NCBI GenBank assembly: GCA_964447275.1
Contig: CAYURI010000005.1
Span: forward strand, 1-58,238
Direction: 5' to 3'
Origin: an uncultured Muribaculaceae bacterium
Lineage (GTDB): Bacteria; Bacillota_I; Bacilli_A; RF39; UBA660
DNA: 58,238 nucleotides
A program made the translations under genes and the position numbers. Under the pieces are notes generated by a model. It had not been told where the DNA came from. It searched no databases and saw only the letters and a program-made list of their open reading frames with translations. Of this stretch, positions 21,147 to 30,816 are shown piece after piece (positions within the stretch are counted from its first letter, which is position 1; every line of letters starts with the position of its first letter).

Positions 21147-23486
21147 ATGGGAAAGCCTGATTTTTGGGGTAGTCTTTTTGTCACCAAAAGAGATGGAAAG
21201 AAAGTAAATTTTAAAGGAGAAAAGATCGCTGTAGCAATCAAAAAAGGTTTTGACAGCGTTGAGAATGAAGCTTATAGCGAAGAAGATATAAATAAAGTTT
21301 ATCTTAAAGTTTTAGAGACCATTGAAAAAGATTTTGAAGGTCAAAAAGAAATTGGTATTGAAGACATTCAAAATATTATCGAAAGAGAATTACGAAGTCT
21401 TAATTATAACGATGTCTTTGTATCTTTTTCAGAGTATAGAGAAAGACGCAGACTTTCACGTGAAAACTTTATGGCTAAACAACATAAGCTAGTTAGAGCT
21501 ATTGAGCAATTAAGTTTGAAAGATGCTAGTGATGCTGATGCCAAAAGAGAAAATGCCAATATTGATGGCGACACTGCAATGGGCACTATGCTTCAATTTG
21601 GTAGTACAGTATCAAGAGAATTCACTAAGTCATATTTAATGGAAGATAGATTTTCGGCTGCTCATGATGATGGCAGTATTCACGTTCATGATATGGATTT
21701 TTATCCAATGGGAACAACAACTTGTACACAAATAGATTTAAATAATTTATTTAAAAATGGATTTTCTACTGGCCATGGCTTTTTAAGAGAACCTAACGAT
21801 ATAACAAGCTATGCTGCTTTAGCAGCCATTGCTATCCAAGCTAATCAAAATGATCAGCACGGTGGGCAAAGTTTACCAGCATTTGATTTCTTTATGGCAC
21901 CAGGAGTTGTTAAAACGTTTAAAAAACAATTAAAGTATTTAATCTATGATTTATTAGATGTATCTGGATTTTTAAATTTTATTAATTTTAGTCAAATCGA
22001 AAAAGAGATTTCTAAAATAACAACGATCGATTTTGACATTTCTAATTTTGATAAATATGCTAAAGAGTCTAGTCAAGTTATTAAAATATTTAGAAGAGCT
22101 TATGAAAAAGCAATTCAAAAAACTGATAAAGCCACTAACCAAGCGATGGAAGCTTTTGTTCATAATTTGAATACAATGCATTCTAGGGCTGGGGCCCAAG
22201 TACCATTTAGCTCAGTAAATTTAGGAACCGATTCATCTAGCGAAGGAAGAATGGTTATAAAAAACTTTTTGTTAGCAACTGAATCTGGTCTTGGTAAAAA
22301 CGAAACACCAATTTTCCCAATTTCGATTTTTAAAGTCAAAGAAGGCATTAACTATAATCCAGGCGATCCTAGTTATGATTTATTTAGACTAGCTTGCCGT
22401 GTTTCAGCTAAAAGATTGTTTCCTAATTTCTCATTCATAGATGCCCCATTTAACTTGGCAACCTATAAACCAGGAGACTATCGTACTGAAGTTGCTTATA
22501 TGGGATGTCGCACTAGGGTACTCGCCAATGTTGTTGATAAGGAAAAAGCGATAACTCCAGGAAGAGGCAACTTATCATTTACTTCTATTAACTTACCAAG
22601 GATTGGTATTAAACATGGGATGGTTAATGGCGGGAAGACTAATATAAAAGCTTTTTACAAAGAACTTGATGAGGTTATGGATCTTGTTAGGGATCAATTA
22701 CTGCAAAGATTAAAATTTCAAAGTAATAAAAGAGTATATAACGCTCCATTCTTAATGGGCCAAGGAGTTTGGATTGATTCTAATAAATTAAAACCAAATG
22801 ATAAAGTAAAAAAAATATTGGTTCATGGGACACTTTCTATTGGCTTTATTGGATTAGCTGAGACTTTAAAAGCTTTAATCGATAAACATCATGGGGAAAG
22901 CGAAGAAGCTCAAACATTAGGCTTAGAGATTATTAGTCATATGCGTAAAAGATGTGATTTGTATGCTAGAGAAAATAACTTAAACTTTACCTTACTTGCT
23001 ACTCCAGCGGAAGGATTAAGCGGAAGATTTACGGCTATTGATAAATCAATATATGGCATAATACCAGGAATAACTGATAAAGAGTATTACACAAATTCGT
23101 TTCATGTTCCAGTATATTACAACACAACTATTGAACACAAAATAAAAACAGAAGCGCCATATCATGCTTTAACAAACGCTGGCCATATTAGTTATATTGA
23201 ACTTGATGGTGATCCTAGCGATAATATTGATGCTTTTGAAAAAATTGTTAGATTAATGAAAGAAACTGGTATGGGTTACGGAGCTGTTAACCATCCGGTT
23301 GATAGAGATCCAATATGTGGGTTCACAGGAGTTATTGGTGATCAATGCCCAGGATGTGGTAGAAAAGAATCAGATGGGGTAAAATTCGATCGTATTAGAA
23401 GAATAACGGGATATTTAGTTGGAACAGTAGACCGTTTCAATAATAGTAAAAGGGCAGAAGAAAGAGATCGTGTAAAACACACTTAA
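21147..23486 (+). CDS. nrdD: Anaerobic (class III) ribonucleoside-triphosphate reductase with ATP cone
   Basis: VTKRDG ATP cone, HVHDMD, TTTCTQ, MGCRT, TPAEGLSGRF, CxxC pairs and glycyl radical loop RITGYL. Confidence 0.97.
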   Translation: MGKPDFWGSLFVTKRDGKKVNFKGEKIAVAIKKGFDSVENEAYSEEDINKVYLKVLETIEKDFEGQKEIGIEDIQNIIERELRSLNYNDVFVSFSEYRERRRLSRENFMAKQHKLVRAIEQLSLKDASDADAKRENANIDGDTAMGTMLQFGSTVSREFTKSYLMEDRFSAAHDDGSIHVHDMDFYPMGTTTCTQIDLNNLFKNGFSTGHGFLREPNDITSYAALAAIAIQANQNDQHGGQSLPAFDFFMAPGVVKTFKKQLKYLIYDLLDVSGFLNFINFSQIEKEISKITTIDFDISNFDKYAKESSQVIKIFRRAYEKAIQKTDKATNQAMEAFVHNLNTMHSRAGAQVPFSSVNLGTDSSSEGRMVIKNFLLATESGLGKNETPIFPISIFKVKEGINYNPGDPSYDLFRLACRVSAKRLFPNFSFIDAPFNLATYKPGDYRTEVAYMGCRTRVLANVVDKEKAITPGRGNLSFTSINLPRIGIKHGMVNGGKTNIKAFYKELDEVMDLVRDQLLQRLKFQSNKRVYNAPFLMGQGVWIDSNKLKPNDKVKKILVHGTLSIGFIGLAETLKALIDKHHGESEEAQTLGLEIISHMRKRCDLYARENNLNFTLLATPAEGLSGRFTAIDKSIYGIIPGITDKEYYTNSFHVPVYYNTTIEHKIKTEAPYHALTNAGHISYIELDGDPSDNIDAFEKIVRLMKETGMGYGAVNHPVDRDPICGFTGVIGDQCPGCGRKESDGVKFDRIRRITGYLVGTVDRFNNSKRAEERDRVKHT

Positions 23487-23487
23487 G

Positions 23488-24036
23488 ATGATTACTTTAT
23501 ATTTAGCTGCTCCGATTGAAGGAGATAGTATTGTTAATGGCGAAGGCCTACGTACGGTTATTTGGTTTCAAGGCTGTCCTCATCATTGCCCAGGATGCCA
23601 CAATCCAGAATCGCACGCGTTTAAAAAAGGAGTAAAATCTGATACAACAAAGGTTATTGAAGAAATAGCCAAACTTAAAAATCAAGATGGAATAACATTT
23701 TCTGGTGGAGAACCAATGAGTCAGCCAAAGGCTCTTTTAGAGATAGCTAAGTATGCCAAAAGTCAAAAAATGAACGTATGGAGCTATTCTGGCTATACTT
23801 ATGAAGCTTTATTAGAAATGGCTAAAGAAAATGAAATATATGATGAAATTTTAAAGACTATTGATGTCTTAGTTGATGGACCATTTATATTAGAGCAAAG
23901 GAGTCTCAACTTAAAATTTAGAGGATCTAGAAATCAAAGAATTATTGATGTTAAGAAATCTCTAAAAGCTAATAAAATAGTTTTAATTCAAAAATATAAA
24001 AAAGAAAAACAAATAAAGAGTACTATAAAAGATTAA
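23488..24036 (+). CDS. nrdG: Anaerobic RNR activating radical SAM enzyme
   Basis: GCPHHCPGCHNP (CX3CX2C), GITFSGGEP, DVLVDGPF, FRGSRNQR. Confidence 0.96.
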   Translation: MITLYLAAPIEGDSIVNGEGLRTVIWFQGCPHHCPGCHNPESHAFKKGVKSDTTKVIEEIAKLKNQDGITFSGGEPMSQPKALLEIAKYAKSQKMNVWSYSGYTYEALLEMAKENEIYDEILKTIDVLVDGPFILEQRSLNLKFRGSRNQRIIDVKKSLKANKIVLIQKYKKEKQIKSTIKD

Positions 24037-24091
24037 ATAGTACTTTTATTTTACCTAAAAAAAATATATAATAAACAACTAAGGAGAGTCT

Positions 24092-24730
24092 ATGATAAAG
24101 AAGTATTACGTTAATAATTTAGAATTAGAAATAAATGATAATGAAATAACTTCAGTAGTTAGTTCTTCATGTTGTTTTGTTATAAAAGCTTTAAAAGAAA
24201 AATATCATTTAAATATTGTTTCTAATATTTTTAAAGAAAACGAAAAATTAGTAAAAGTGATGGTTCCTAATTCTAAAAAAAGTATTGAAGTAATAAAACT
24301 TTTAGATATTGAAAATTTACTAGAACTTAAATATAAGGACTTAGGTATTGAAGAAAAAGTAAAAGTAATGATAGCTACTCATTTAGTTAGTCCAAATGAA
24401 GTAATTGTTTTTGATGATGTTTTATCTTATCTAAATAATGATATAAAAAATAAAATAATTAAGTACTTAAAGACTAAAAAGATAACTTTAATAAATTTTA
24501 CTTCTGACATTGAGGAAACTTTATTAGGTGAAAACTTAATTGTTTTAGATAATAATCAAATAATTTTATGTGGCAAAACATTGGAAGTATTAAAGAATGA
24601 AAAAATATTAAAAGATCTAGGTATTTATTTACCTTTTATTGTCGACTTATCTATTCAGCTAAACTTATATAAACTAATAAGTAAAATATATATTGATAAT
24701 AAAAAATTAATAGGTGATTTATGGAAATAA
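24092..24730 (+). CDS. Degenerate EcfA1-like ABC ATPase (catalytic motifs lost)
   Basis: Signature, Walker B and H-switch regions recognisable but altered (LGIEEK, VFDDVLSYLN, FTSDIEE); C-terminus LGIYLPFIVDL...LIGDLW is EcfA1-like; no Walker A. Confidence 0.75.
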   Translation: MIKKYYVNNLELEINDNEITSVVSSSCCFVIKALKEKYHLNIVSNIFKENEKLVKVMVPNSKKSIEVIKLLDIENLLELKYKDLGIEEKVKVMIATHLVSPNEVIVFDDVLSYLNNDIKNKIIKYLKTKKITLINFTSDIEETLLGENLIVLDNNQIILCGKTLEVLKNEKILKDLGIYLPFIVDLSIQLNLYKLISKIYIDNKKLIGDLWK

Positions 24731-25497
24731 TTTTTGATAATCCCAGCCTAATATTAAAAAGTGAATTTATTACCGTTTTATCAGGTGATAAAACTAAAGA
24801 ACTAATTCCAGAATCGTTAATGGGATTTAAGAAACTAAGTGTCGGCCAAATCTCTTTACTTGATAGAGTGATTACAAAAGAGACTAAAGACTTTCGTTTT
24901 TTCCAATCGCAAATTGGTTATGTGTTTTTAAACCCAGAAGAGTTTTTAACAAATAAAACGATAAAAGAGGAAATTGCTTTTGGGTTAAAGTATTATGGCT
25001 TTAATCAAATTAATAAAAGAATTAATGATGCTTTAGACTTGGTTGATTTAAATGAGTCTTTCTTAAATAAAAAGTCTTTAGAAGTAGATTTGAATATTCA
25101 AAAAAAAGTTATGCTAGCAGCTGTTTTAGCTATTGAGCCAAAGATCTTAATTTTAAATTATATTGAGCATGGTTTAAATATAAAAGAGCAAAAAGCATTA
25201 AAGAAGCTTCTTAAAAATTTAAGAAAGATGAAAAATATGTTTATTATTATTGTTAGTAATAATAGTAATTTCTTTTTTGATATAGCTGATCGAATTATTG
25301 TTCTTAACGATAATAAAGTATTATTCGATGATGATGAGGAATTATTTTATAAAGATAAATCAAATAAGTATTTAAATACTCCACCAATCATTGAGTTTAT
25401 AAAAATAGCTTTAAATAGGAATATTAAACTGGATAAAACTAATGATATAAAAGAATTAATGAAAGATATATACCGAAAAGTTAATGAAAAGCGTTAA
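24721..25497 (+). CDS. Degenerate EcfA2-like ABC ATPase (catalytic motifs lost)
   Basis: IGYVFLNPEEFL, TIKEEIAFG, KKVMLAAVLAIEPKILILNY resemble EcfA2; Walker A, LSGGQ, DE and His are all replaced. Confidence 0.78.
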   Translation: MEIIFDNPSLILKSEFITVLSGDKTKELIPESLMGFKKLSVGQISLLDRVITKETKDFRFFQSQIGYVFLNPEEFLTNKTIKEEIAFGLKYYGFNQINKRINDALDLVDLNESFLNKKSLEVDLNIQKKVMLAAVLAIEPKILILNYIEHGLNIKEQKALKKLLKNLRKMKNMFIIIVSNNSNFFFDIADRIIVLNDNKVLFDDDEELFYKDKSNKYLNTPPIIEFIKIALNRNIKLDKTNDIKELMKDIYRKVNEKR

Positions 25498-25512
25498 ATA
25501 TAGCGATTTTGG

Positions 25513-25541
25513 TTGACTTTTTTCATTAATTTAAATATAAT
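25513..25541 (+). promoter_or_regulatory. SigA promoter of rplM-rpsI
   Basis: TTGACT-17 nt-TATAAT. Confidence 0.85.
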
Positions 25542-25544
25542 TTT

Positions 25545-25612
25545 TACTGGTACATTTATTTACTGTTTTTTTATTCCTCGTGGGAAGATGAGTAAAAGAA
25601 AGTAAAGAAAGG
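25545..25612 (+). promoter_or_regulatory. Possible L13 ribosomal leader
   Basis: 5' UTR of rplM with complementary TTTACT / AGTAAA segments around CCTCGTGGGAAG; recognised only loosely. Confidence 0.35.
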
Positions 25613-25619
25613 GATTATT

Positions 25620-26051
25620 ATGAATACATTTATGCAAAAAAAAGAAACTGTTGAACGTAAATGGTATGTTATTGATGCGGAAGATAAGAGTTTAGGTAGA
25701 GTTGCTTCTAAAGCTGCACAAGTTTTACGTGGCAAACACAAACCAACTTTCACACCACATATCGATTGCGGTGACTATGTAATTATTATTAACGCTGATA
25801 AAGTTAATTTAACCGGCGATAAGCTAAACAAAAAGATTTACTATGATCATAGTGGATATACTGGTGGTTTAAGAGAAAGAACTGCTAAAATTATGGTTAG
25901 TGACTATCCAGAAGAAATGGTTGAAAGAGCAGTAAAAGGAATGCTTCCAAAGGGAAGACTTGGTAGACAAACATATAAGAAATTATTTGTTTATAAAGGT
26001 AGTGAACACAATCACATTGCTCAAAAGCCAGAAGTTCTAGAAGTTAAGTAG
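25620..26051 (+). CDS. rplM: 50S ribosomal protein L13
   Basis: [37 protein letters not shown]. Confidence 0.98.
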   Translation: MNTFMQKKETVERKWYVIDAEDKSLGRVASKAAQVLRGKHKPTFTPHIDCGDYVIIINADKVNLTGDKLNKKIYYDHSGYTGGLRERTAKIMVSDYPEEMVERAVKGMLPKGRLGRQTYKKLFVYKGSEHNHIAQKPEVLEVK

Positions 26052-26059
26052 GAGGATTT

Positions 26060-26479
26060 ATGAAAAAAACAGAAAGTTTTTTTGGCGTAGGACGCCGTAA
26101 ACGTTCAATTGCGCAAGTAAGATTAACTCCAGGTAAAGGAAATATTATTGTTAATGGGAAACCAGTAGAAGAATATATGCCTTTCGCGGTATTAGTTATG
26201 GATTTAAAACAACCATTAGTTGTTACTAAAAATGAAAACAAATTTGATATTGAAGTAACAGTTAAAGGTGGTGGCTTTTCTGGTCAAACAGGAGCTATTA
26301 GATTAGGTATCACAAGAGCTTTAATGGCTTATGATGCTGATACTGACCAATCAAGTAGTGATTCATATCGTAAAATATTAAAAGTAAATGGTTTTGTTAC
26401 AAGAGACCCTAGAGTTAAAGAACGTAAAAAATATGGTCTTAAAAAAGCTCGTAGAGCACCACAATTCAGTAAACGTTAA
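26060..26479 (+). CDS. rpsI: 30S ribosomal protein S9
   Basis: [47 protein letters not shown]. Confidence 0.98.
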   Translation: MKKTESFFGVGRRKRSIAQVRLTPGKGNIIVNGKPVEEYMPFAVLVMDLKQPLVVTKNENKFDIEVTVKGGGFSGQTGAIRLGITRALMAYDADTDQSSSDSYRKILKVNGFVTRDPRVKERKKYGLKKARRAPQFSKR

Positions 26480-26484
26480 TTTTT

Positions 26485-26512
26485 ACACCTTGCAAATGCA
26501 AGGTGTTTTTTT
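26485..26512 (+). terminator. Intrinsic terminator after rpsI
   Basis: ACACCTTGCA-AA-TGCAAGGTGT plus T run. Confidence 0.88.
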
Positions 26513-26613
26513 ATTTCATAATATTTTCACCAGATATTAAATAATATTTCACATTTTAAAAATAGAATTAGACTATATCTTATGTTATAATTGCTATGAT
26601 AGGAGATGCATAA

Positions 26614-27558
26614 ATGATAAAGACATTTAAGACATTAGATGAACAAATAGCGATATTAAGAGATAAAGGATTAGTTATAGAAGATGAAGCGACTGCTAAA
26701 GATATTTTGCTTCGTGAAAATTATTTCTTTATTAGTGGCTATAGGCATTTGTTTTTATTAGATCCTTCAAAAAGAAACTTTATTCCCAATACTAATTTTA
26801 GAGAACTTTATGGCATGTTTAATTTTGACCGTCAAGTAAGAAATATTATTTTTAAAAATTTATTAATTATTGAGAATAATATTAAAAGTATTTTTGCTTA
26901 TCAGATTGCTAAAAAGTATGGTTATAAAGAAGAGGATTATTTAAATATTAAAAATTTTAATACTGATCCAGAAAAAGCTAACCAACTAGACGATCTAATT
27001 AAGAAAATGAAACGTCAAATAAGAGTTAATGGTACTCAGCATACAGCAACAAGCCACTATATAACAAATTATGGTTATATTCCGCCATGGGTTGTAGTTA
27101 AAGTTTTATCGTTTGGGATTGTTAGCGAGTTATTTACGGTTTTAAAAAAAGAAGATCAAAACGATATTGCTAGTATATATGGGATGTCTCCTGATGATTT
27201 ATTAGTTTATTTACCAATATTAGCTAACTATCGTAATTTATGCGCTCATGAAGATATTTTATATAACCATAAAACTCAACGTCAAATTAATGATACTAAG
27301 TTTCATGCTTTACTTAATATTCCTACTAGTGATGGTGAATATATTTATGGCAAAGATGACTTAATGGCTTTAATAATTATTATGAAATACTTACTAAGAG
27401 AAGATGATTTCACATTATTAATAAATGAACTTGATTATGAAATTAGTATATTAGAAGGCAAATTAAAAGTTATAAACATTGAAAAAGTTCTTAATAAAAT
27501 GGGCATACCTTTAAATTATCAAGAATTATCAAGGATGGAGAAGAGAAATGAAGAATAA
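26614..27558 (+). CDS. Abi family (AbiD/AbiF-like) HEPN protein
   Basis: FKTLDEQIAILRDKGL, ENYFFISGY, FDRQVR...LLIIE, PPWVVV..LSFG and HEPN motif RNLCAH. Confidence 0.88.
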   Translation: MIKTFKTLDEQIAILRDKGLVIEDEATAKDILLRENYFFISGYRHLFLLDPSKRNFIPNTNFRELYGMFNFDRQVRNIIFKNLLIIENNIKSIFAYQIAKKYGYKEEDYLNIKNFNTDPEKANQLDDLIKKMKRQIRVNGTQHTATSHYITNYGYIPPWVVVKVLSFGIVSELFTVLKKEDQNDIASIYGMSPDDLLVYLPILANYRNLCAHEDILYNHKTQRQINDTKFHALLNIPTSDGEYIYGKDDLMALIIIMKYLLREDDFTLLINELDYEISILEGKLKVINIEKVLNKMGIPLNYQELSRMEKRNEE

Positions 27559-28627
27559 TAAAAAAAGCATTATTATTTCTCTAATATCTTTGTTTGTTGG
27601 AGCTCTATTAATGTACGGAGTATTTTATTTCTTTCCAATTGCAAGAAGCCAAATAACTAATAAATTAGAAAAAGAAGTTACGGTTACCGATGAAGGCATT
27701 AGTGATGCAGTCGATAAGTTATATAATGCCGTAGTGGTAGTTGAATCATATGCTAATAACAAGCAAATAACTAGCGGTAGTGGCTTTGTTTATAAGGAAG
27801 TCGATAGCAAAGCTTATATTGTCACAAATACCCATGTTATTGATGAAGCAGATAAAGTATATGTAACTTTTACAAACGGAACAAGGAAGGAAGTAACGGT
27901 AGTTGGTAAAGACGAATATTCTGATATTGCTGTTTTATCAATTGATGAGGAATATATTTTAAAAGTAGCTACCTTAGGTAGTAGTGAGAAAATGAAATTG
28001 GGAGACACAGTATTTACAATTGGTGCGCCAATTGCTAGCGAATATTCTGGTACAGTAACAAGAGGGATATTATCTGGTAAAGACCGCATGGTAGAAGTAT
28101 CAATTAATTCAACTAATGACTTTGTTATGAAAGTTATTCAAACTGATGCGGCAATAAATAGTGGTAATAGTGGTGGACCAATTGCTAATTCTAATGGTGA
28201 AGTAATTGGTATTACTTCATTAAAACTAGTATCTACTGGAGTAGAGGGAATTGGTTTTGCTATTCCAATTGAAGACGTACTGGCATATGCGACAAAAATT
28301 GAAAATGGCGAAACAATTGTTAGACCATTTCTTGGTGTAGCAATGATTGATCTAACTGATTTATATAATTTATATTTAAATGAGATAGCTATTCCGGAAA
28401 ACATTAATGGAGTTGTTATCGCCGAAGTTAGTAAGTCTAGCCCAGCAGAAAAAGCTGGATTTCAAAAAGGTGATATAGTTTATAAAATAGGTGATGAAGA
28501 AGTAACATCAATTGCTGAAATGCGTTATGAGCTATATAAATATAAACCTGGAGATAACGTAAAAATATCTTATGTAAGAAATGAAAAATCAAATACTGTA
28601 AATGTTAAATTAGTAGCCAGTGAATAA
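27548..28627 (+). CDS. htrA: HtrA/DegP family serine protease with PDZ domain
   Basis: N-terminal TM helix; TNTHV, DIAVL, QTDAAINSGNSGGP triad motifs; C-terminal PDZ. Confidence 0.95.
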   Translation: MKNNKKSIIISLISLFVGALLMYGVFYFFPIARSQITNKLEKEVTVTDEGISDAVDKLYNAVVVVESYANNKQITSGSGFVYKEVDSKAYIVTNTHVIDEADKVYVTFTNGTRKEVTVVGKDEYSDIAVLSIDEEYILKVATLGSSEKMKLGDTVFTIGAPIASEYSGTVTRGILSGKDRMVEVSINSTNDFVMKVIQTDAAINSGNSGGPIANSNGEVIGITSLKLVSTGVEGIGFAIPIEDVLAYATKIENGETIVRPFLGVAMIDLTDLYNLYLNEIAIPENINGVVIAEVSKSSPAEKAGFQKGDIVYKIGDEEVTSIAEMRYELYKYKPGDNVKISYVRNEKSNTVNVKLVASE

Positions 28628-28675
28628 CTGGCTTTTTTCTTTTATTAGGGTATAATGAATAAGAAGGGAAATAGT

Positions 28676-29869
28676 ATGAAAAAAATTATTGTTATAATTG
28701 AAAAATTAGATCATCAAGGAAGAGGCATGGCTAGCATTGATGGAAAAGTTGTTTTTGTTCCTTTTACATTACCAGATGAAAAAGTTGAAATAGAAATAGT
28801 TAGAGAATATCCTAGATACATTGAAGCTAAAGTAATTAAAATTACAAAGCCAAGTCTAAACCGAGTAGAGCCAAAATGTGCTTATTATGAAACTTGTGGT
28901 GGATGTGATTTACAACATATGGAGTATAAGGATACCGTTAATTATAAGCAAGAAAAAATCATTAATATTATGTCAAAATATAGTGGAATAGCTATTACAC
29001 CAGAATTAGTAGTGGATGATAGTCCTTATAATTATCGTAATAAAATATCTTTAAAAATAATTAAAGGTAGATGTGGATTTTATGAAAATAAAAGCAATAA
29101 ACTTATTGAAATAAAAAGATGTGAAATAGTTGATGAAACGATAAATAACTTCCTAAAAGATTTAGATCTTCTTAGTATGAAAAATGGAATTATAACTATC
29201 AGAGTAAATACTAAAAAAGAATTATTACTTAGTATTACATCAACTGATAAGCTTAATATATCAGAACTCGTTGAAAAGCATCATATTGTAGGAATTGTTA
29301 AGAATCATGAAACTATTTATGGTGAAAATTATTTTATTGAAGAACTGGGCAAGTATAAATACAAAGTTAGTTATGATGCTTTCTTCCAAACAAACACTTT
29401 TGTTAATCAAAAACTAATTAAGCTATTAGAGGATAATGCACCAGAAAACTTAAATATTTTAGATTTATTCTGTGGAGTTGGATCTTTGGGTTTATCAATT
29501 GCCAATAAAGCAAAAAAGATCACTGGAATTGAAATTGTTTCTAGTGCGATTAAAAATGCTAAAGAAAATGCTTTATTAAATAATATTGAAAATGCCGAAT
29601 TTTTATGTGAGGACATTTTAAATATCGACCTAGAAAAATATAAAGATACTGATTTAATTATTGTTGATCCACCAAGAATGGGATTAAGTGAAAAGATTAT
29701 TAAACAAATTAATTCTAAATATTTAATATATATATCTTGTGATCCAATGACACTAGCTAGAGATTTAAAAGAGTTAAAAAGTAATTATGAGATTGAAAAT
29801 TTCTATATATTAGATATGTTTCCTTATACAAAACATGTCGAGTGCTTTGTAAAGTTGATTAAAAAATGA
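28676..29869 (+). CDS. rlmD: 23S rRNA m5U methyltransferase RlmD/RumA family
   Basis: TRAM domain, CAYYETCGGC Fe-S motif, AFFQTN, DLFCGVG, DPPRMG, SCDP, DMFPYTKHVEC. Start set at ATG 28676. Confidence 0.92.
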   Translation: MKKIIVIIEKLDHQGRGMASIDGKVVFVPFTLPDEKVEIEIVREYPRYIEAKVIKITKPSLNRVEPKCAYYETCGGCDLQHMEYKDTVNYKQEKIINIMSKYSGIAITPELVVDDSPYNYRNKISLKIIKGRCGFYENKSNKLIEIKRCEIVDETINNFLKDLDLLSMKNGIITIRVNTKKELLLSITSTDKLNISELVEKHHIVGIVKNHETIYGENYFIEELGKYKYKVSYDAFFQTNTFVNQKLIKLLEDNAPENLNILDLFCGVGSLGLSIANKAKKITGIEIVSSAIKNAKENALLNNIENAEFLCEDILNIDLEKYKDTDLIIVDPPRMGLSEKIIKQINSKYLIYISCDPMTLARDLKELKSNYEIENFYILDMFPYTKHVECFVKLIKK

Positions 29870-29929
29870 TGTATTTTTATTAATTTGTAATGCATAATAA
29901 AAATATAATTATGATAAGGAGGTTGTTAT

Positions 29930-30241
29930 ATGAAAAAAGTTGGCTTGATTAGTGGTGGGATTCTTCTCGTTTTGTTAATAGCTTTTGGTGCATATTACTT
30001 CATTTATCTTAATAAACGTGATGAAAAAGTTTTAGACAATTATGAAAAACAGATAAGTTCTATTGAAACAAGCATCATGAAAGATGAAACCGTTGACCAA
30101 GACGTTTCTGAAGAAATTAGCACTAATATAACTGAAGATGATGAGTCTTTGGATGAATTAGATGCTAGTATAAGTTCTATTTTAAATAGTTTAGAAGATA
30201 TTGAAACGGCTGAAGCCTCATTAGGCGAGTCAGTAGATTAA
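29930..30241 (+). CDS. Hypothetical membrane-anchored acidic protein
   Basis: Strong RBS (AAGGAGG), one TM helix, Asp/Glu-rich helical remainder. Confidence 0.75.
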   Translation: MKKVGLISGGILLVLLIAFGAYYFIYLNKRDEKVLDNYEKQISSIETSIMKDETVDQDVSEEISTNITEDDESLDELDASISSILNSLEDIETAEASLGESVD

Positions 30242-30251
30242 AGGAGAAAAA

Positions 30252-30749
30252 ATGAAAAATAAAATTTTAGGAATACTTTTAGGTATTTCACTTATTGCCG
30301 CAATTGCTATTCCTACAGTGTATGCAGTTAGTACTAATTCTAACTCAACAAATAATAATGAGAATGGTAATTCTGATAAAGCAGCTACAAAGGCTGAAGA
30401 AAGAGCTTTGGCTGCTGAAAAACGAGTTTTAATAAAAACGCAAAAAGAAGAGCTTGCAGAGTTAAGAGAAGAATTAAAAGCTAAAATAGCTTTAAAAAGA
30501 ACTGAATTAAATGAATACCGTGAGCAAGAAGAATTAACTGAAGAAGACAGAGAAGATATCGAAGAAACTACCGAAACAATGGGAAAGCTACAAATTAAAT
30601 TAGGCCATGTTTATGGTAATGCTGTTAAAGCCATGAAGAGTTATAAAGGTGATGCTTCAGAGAATAAATTAACAGGATTAGATTTAGTTATTGCTTCTCA
30701 ACAAGAAAGAATAAAACTTCTAGAAGAAGCAATTGAATTATTAAGTTAA
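30252..30749 (+). CDS. Hypothetical secreted coiled-coil protein
   Basis: RBS AAGGAG; signal peptide ending in VYA; Asn/Ser linker then a long Glu/Lys heptad region; terminator at 30748-30773. Confidence 0.75.
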   Translation: MKNKILGILLGISLIAAIAIPTVYAVSTNSNSTNNNENGNSDKAATKAEERALAAEKRVLIKTQKEELAELREELKAKIALKRTELNEYREQEELTEEDREDIEETTETMGKLQIKLGHVYGNAVKAMKSYKGDASENKLTGLDLVIASQQERIKLLEEAIELLS

Positions 30750-30816
30750 AAAAATCAAGCAATTGATTTTTTTCTTTGCTTTTTATGTTATACTAAAAAT
30801 ATAGTAAGGTGATAGT

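Noticed and set aside
21452-21467. parS-like ACTTTCACGTGAAAAC inside nrdD
   Set aside because: Only the 12-bp core matches; all four outer positions differ, and it is explained by the codons for RLSREN.
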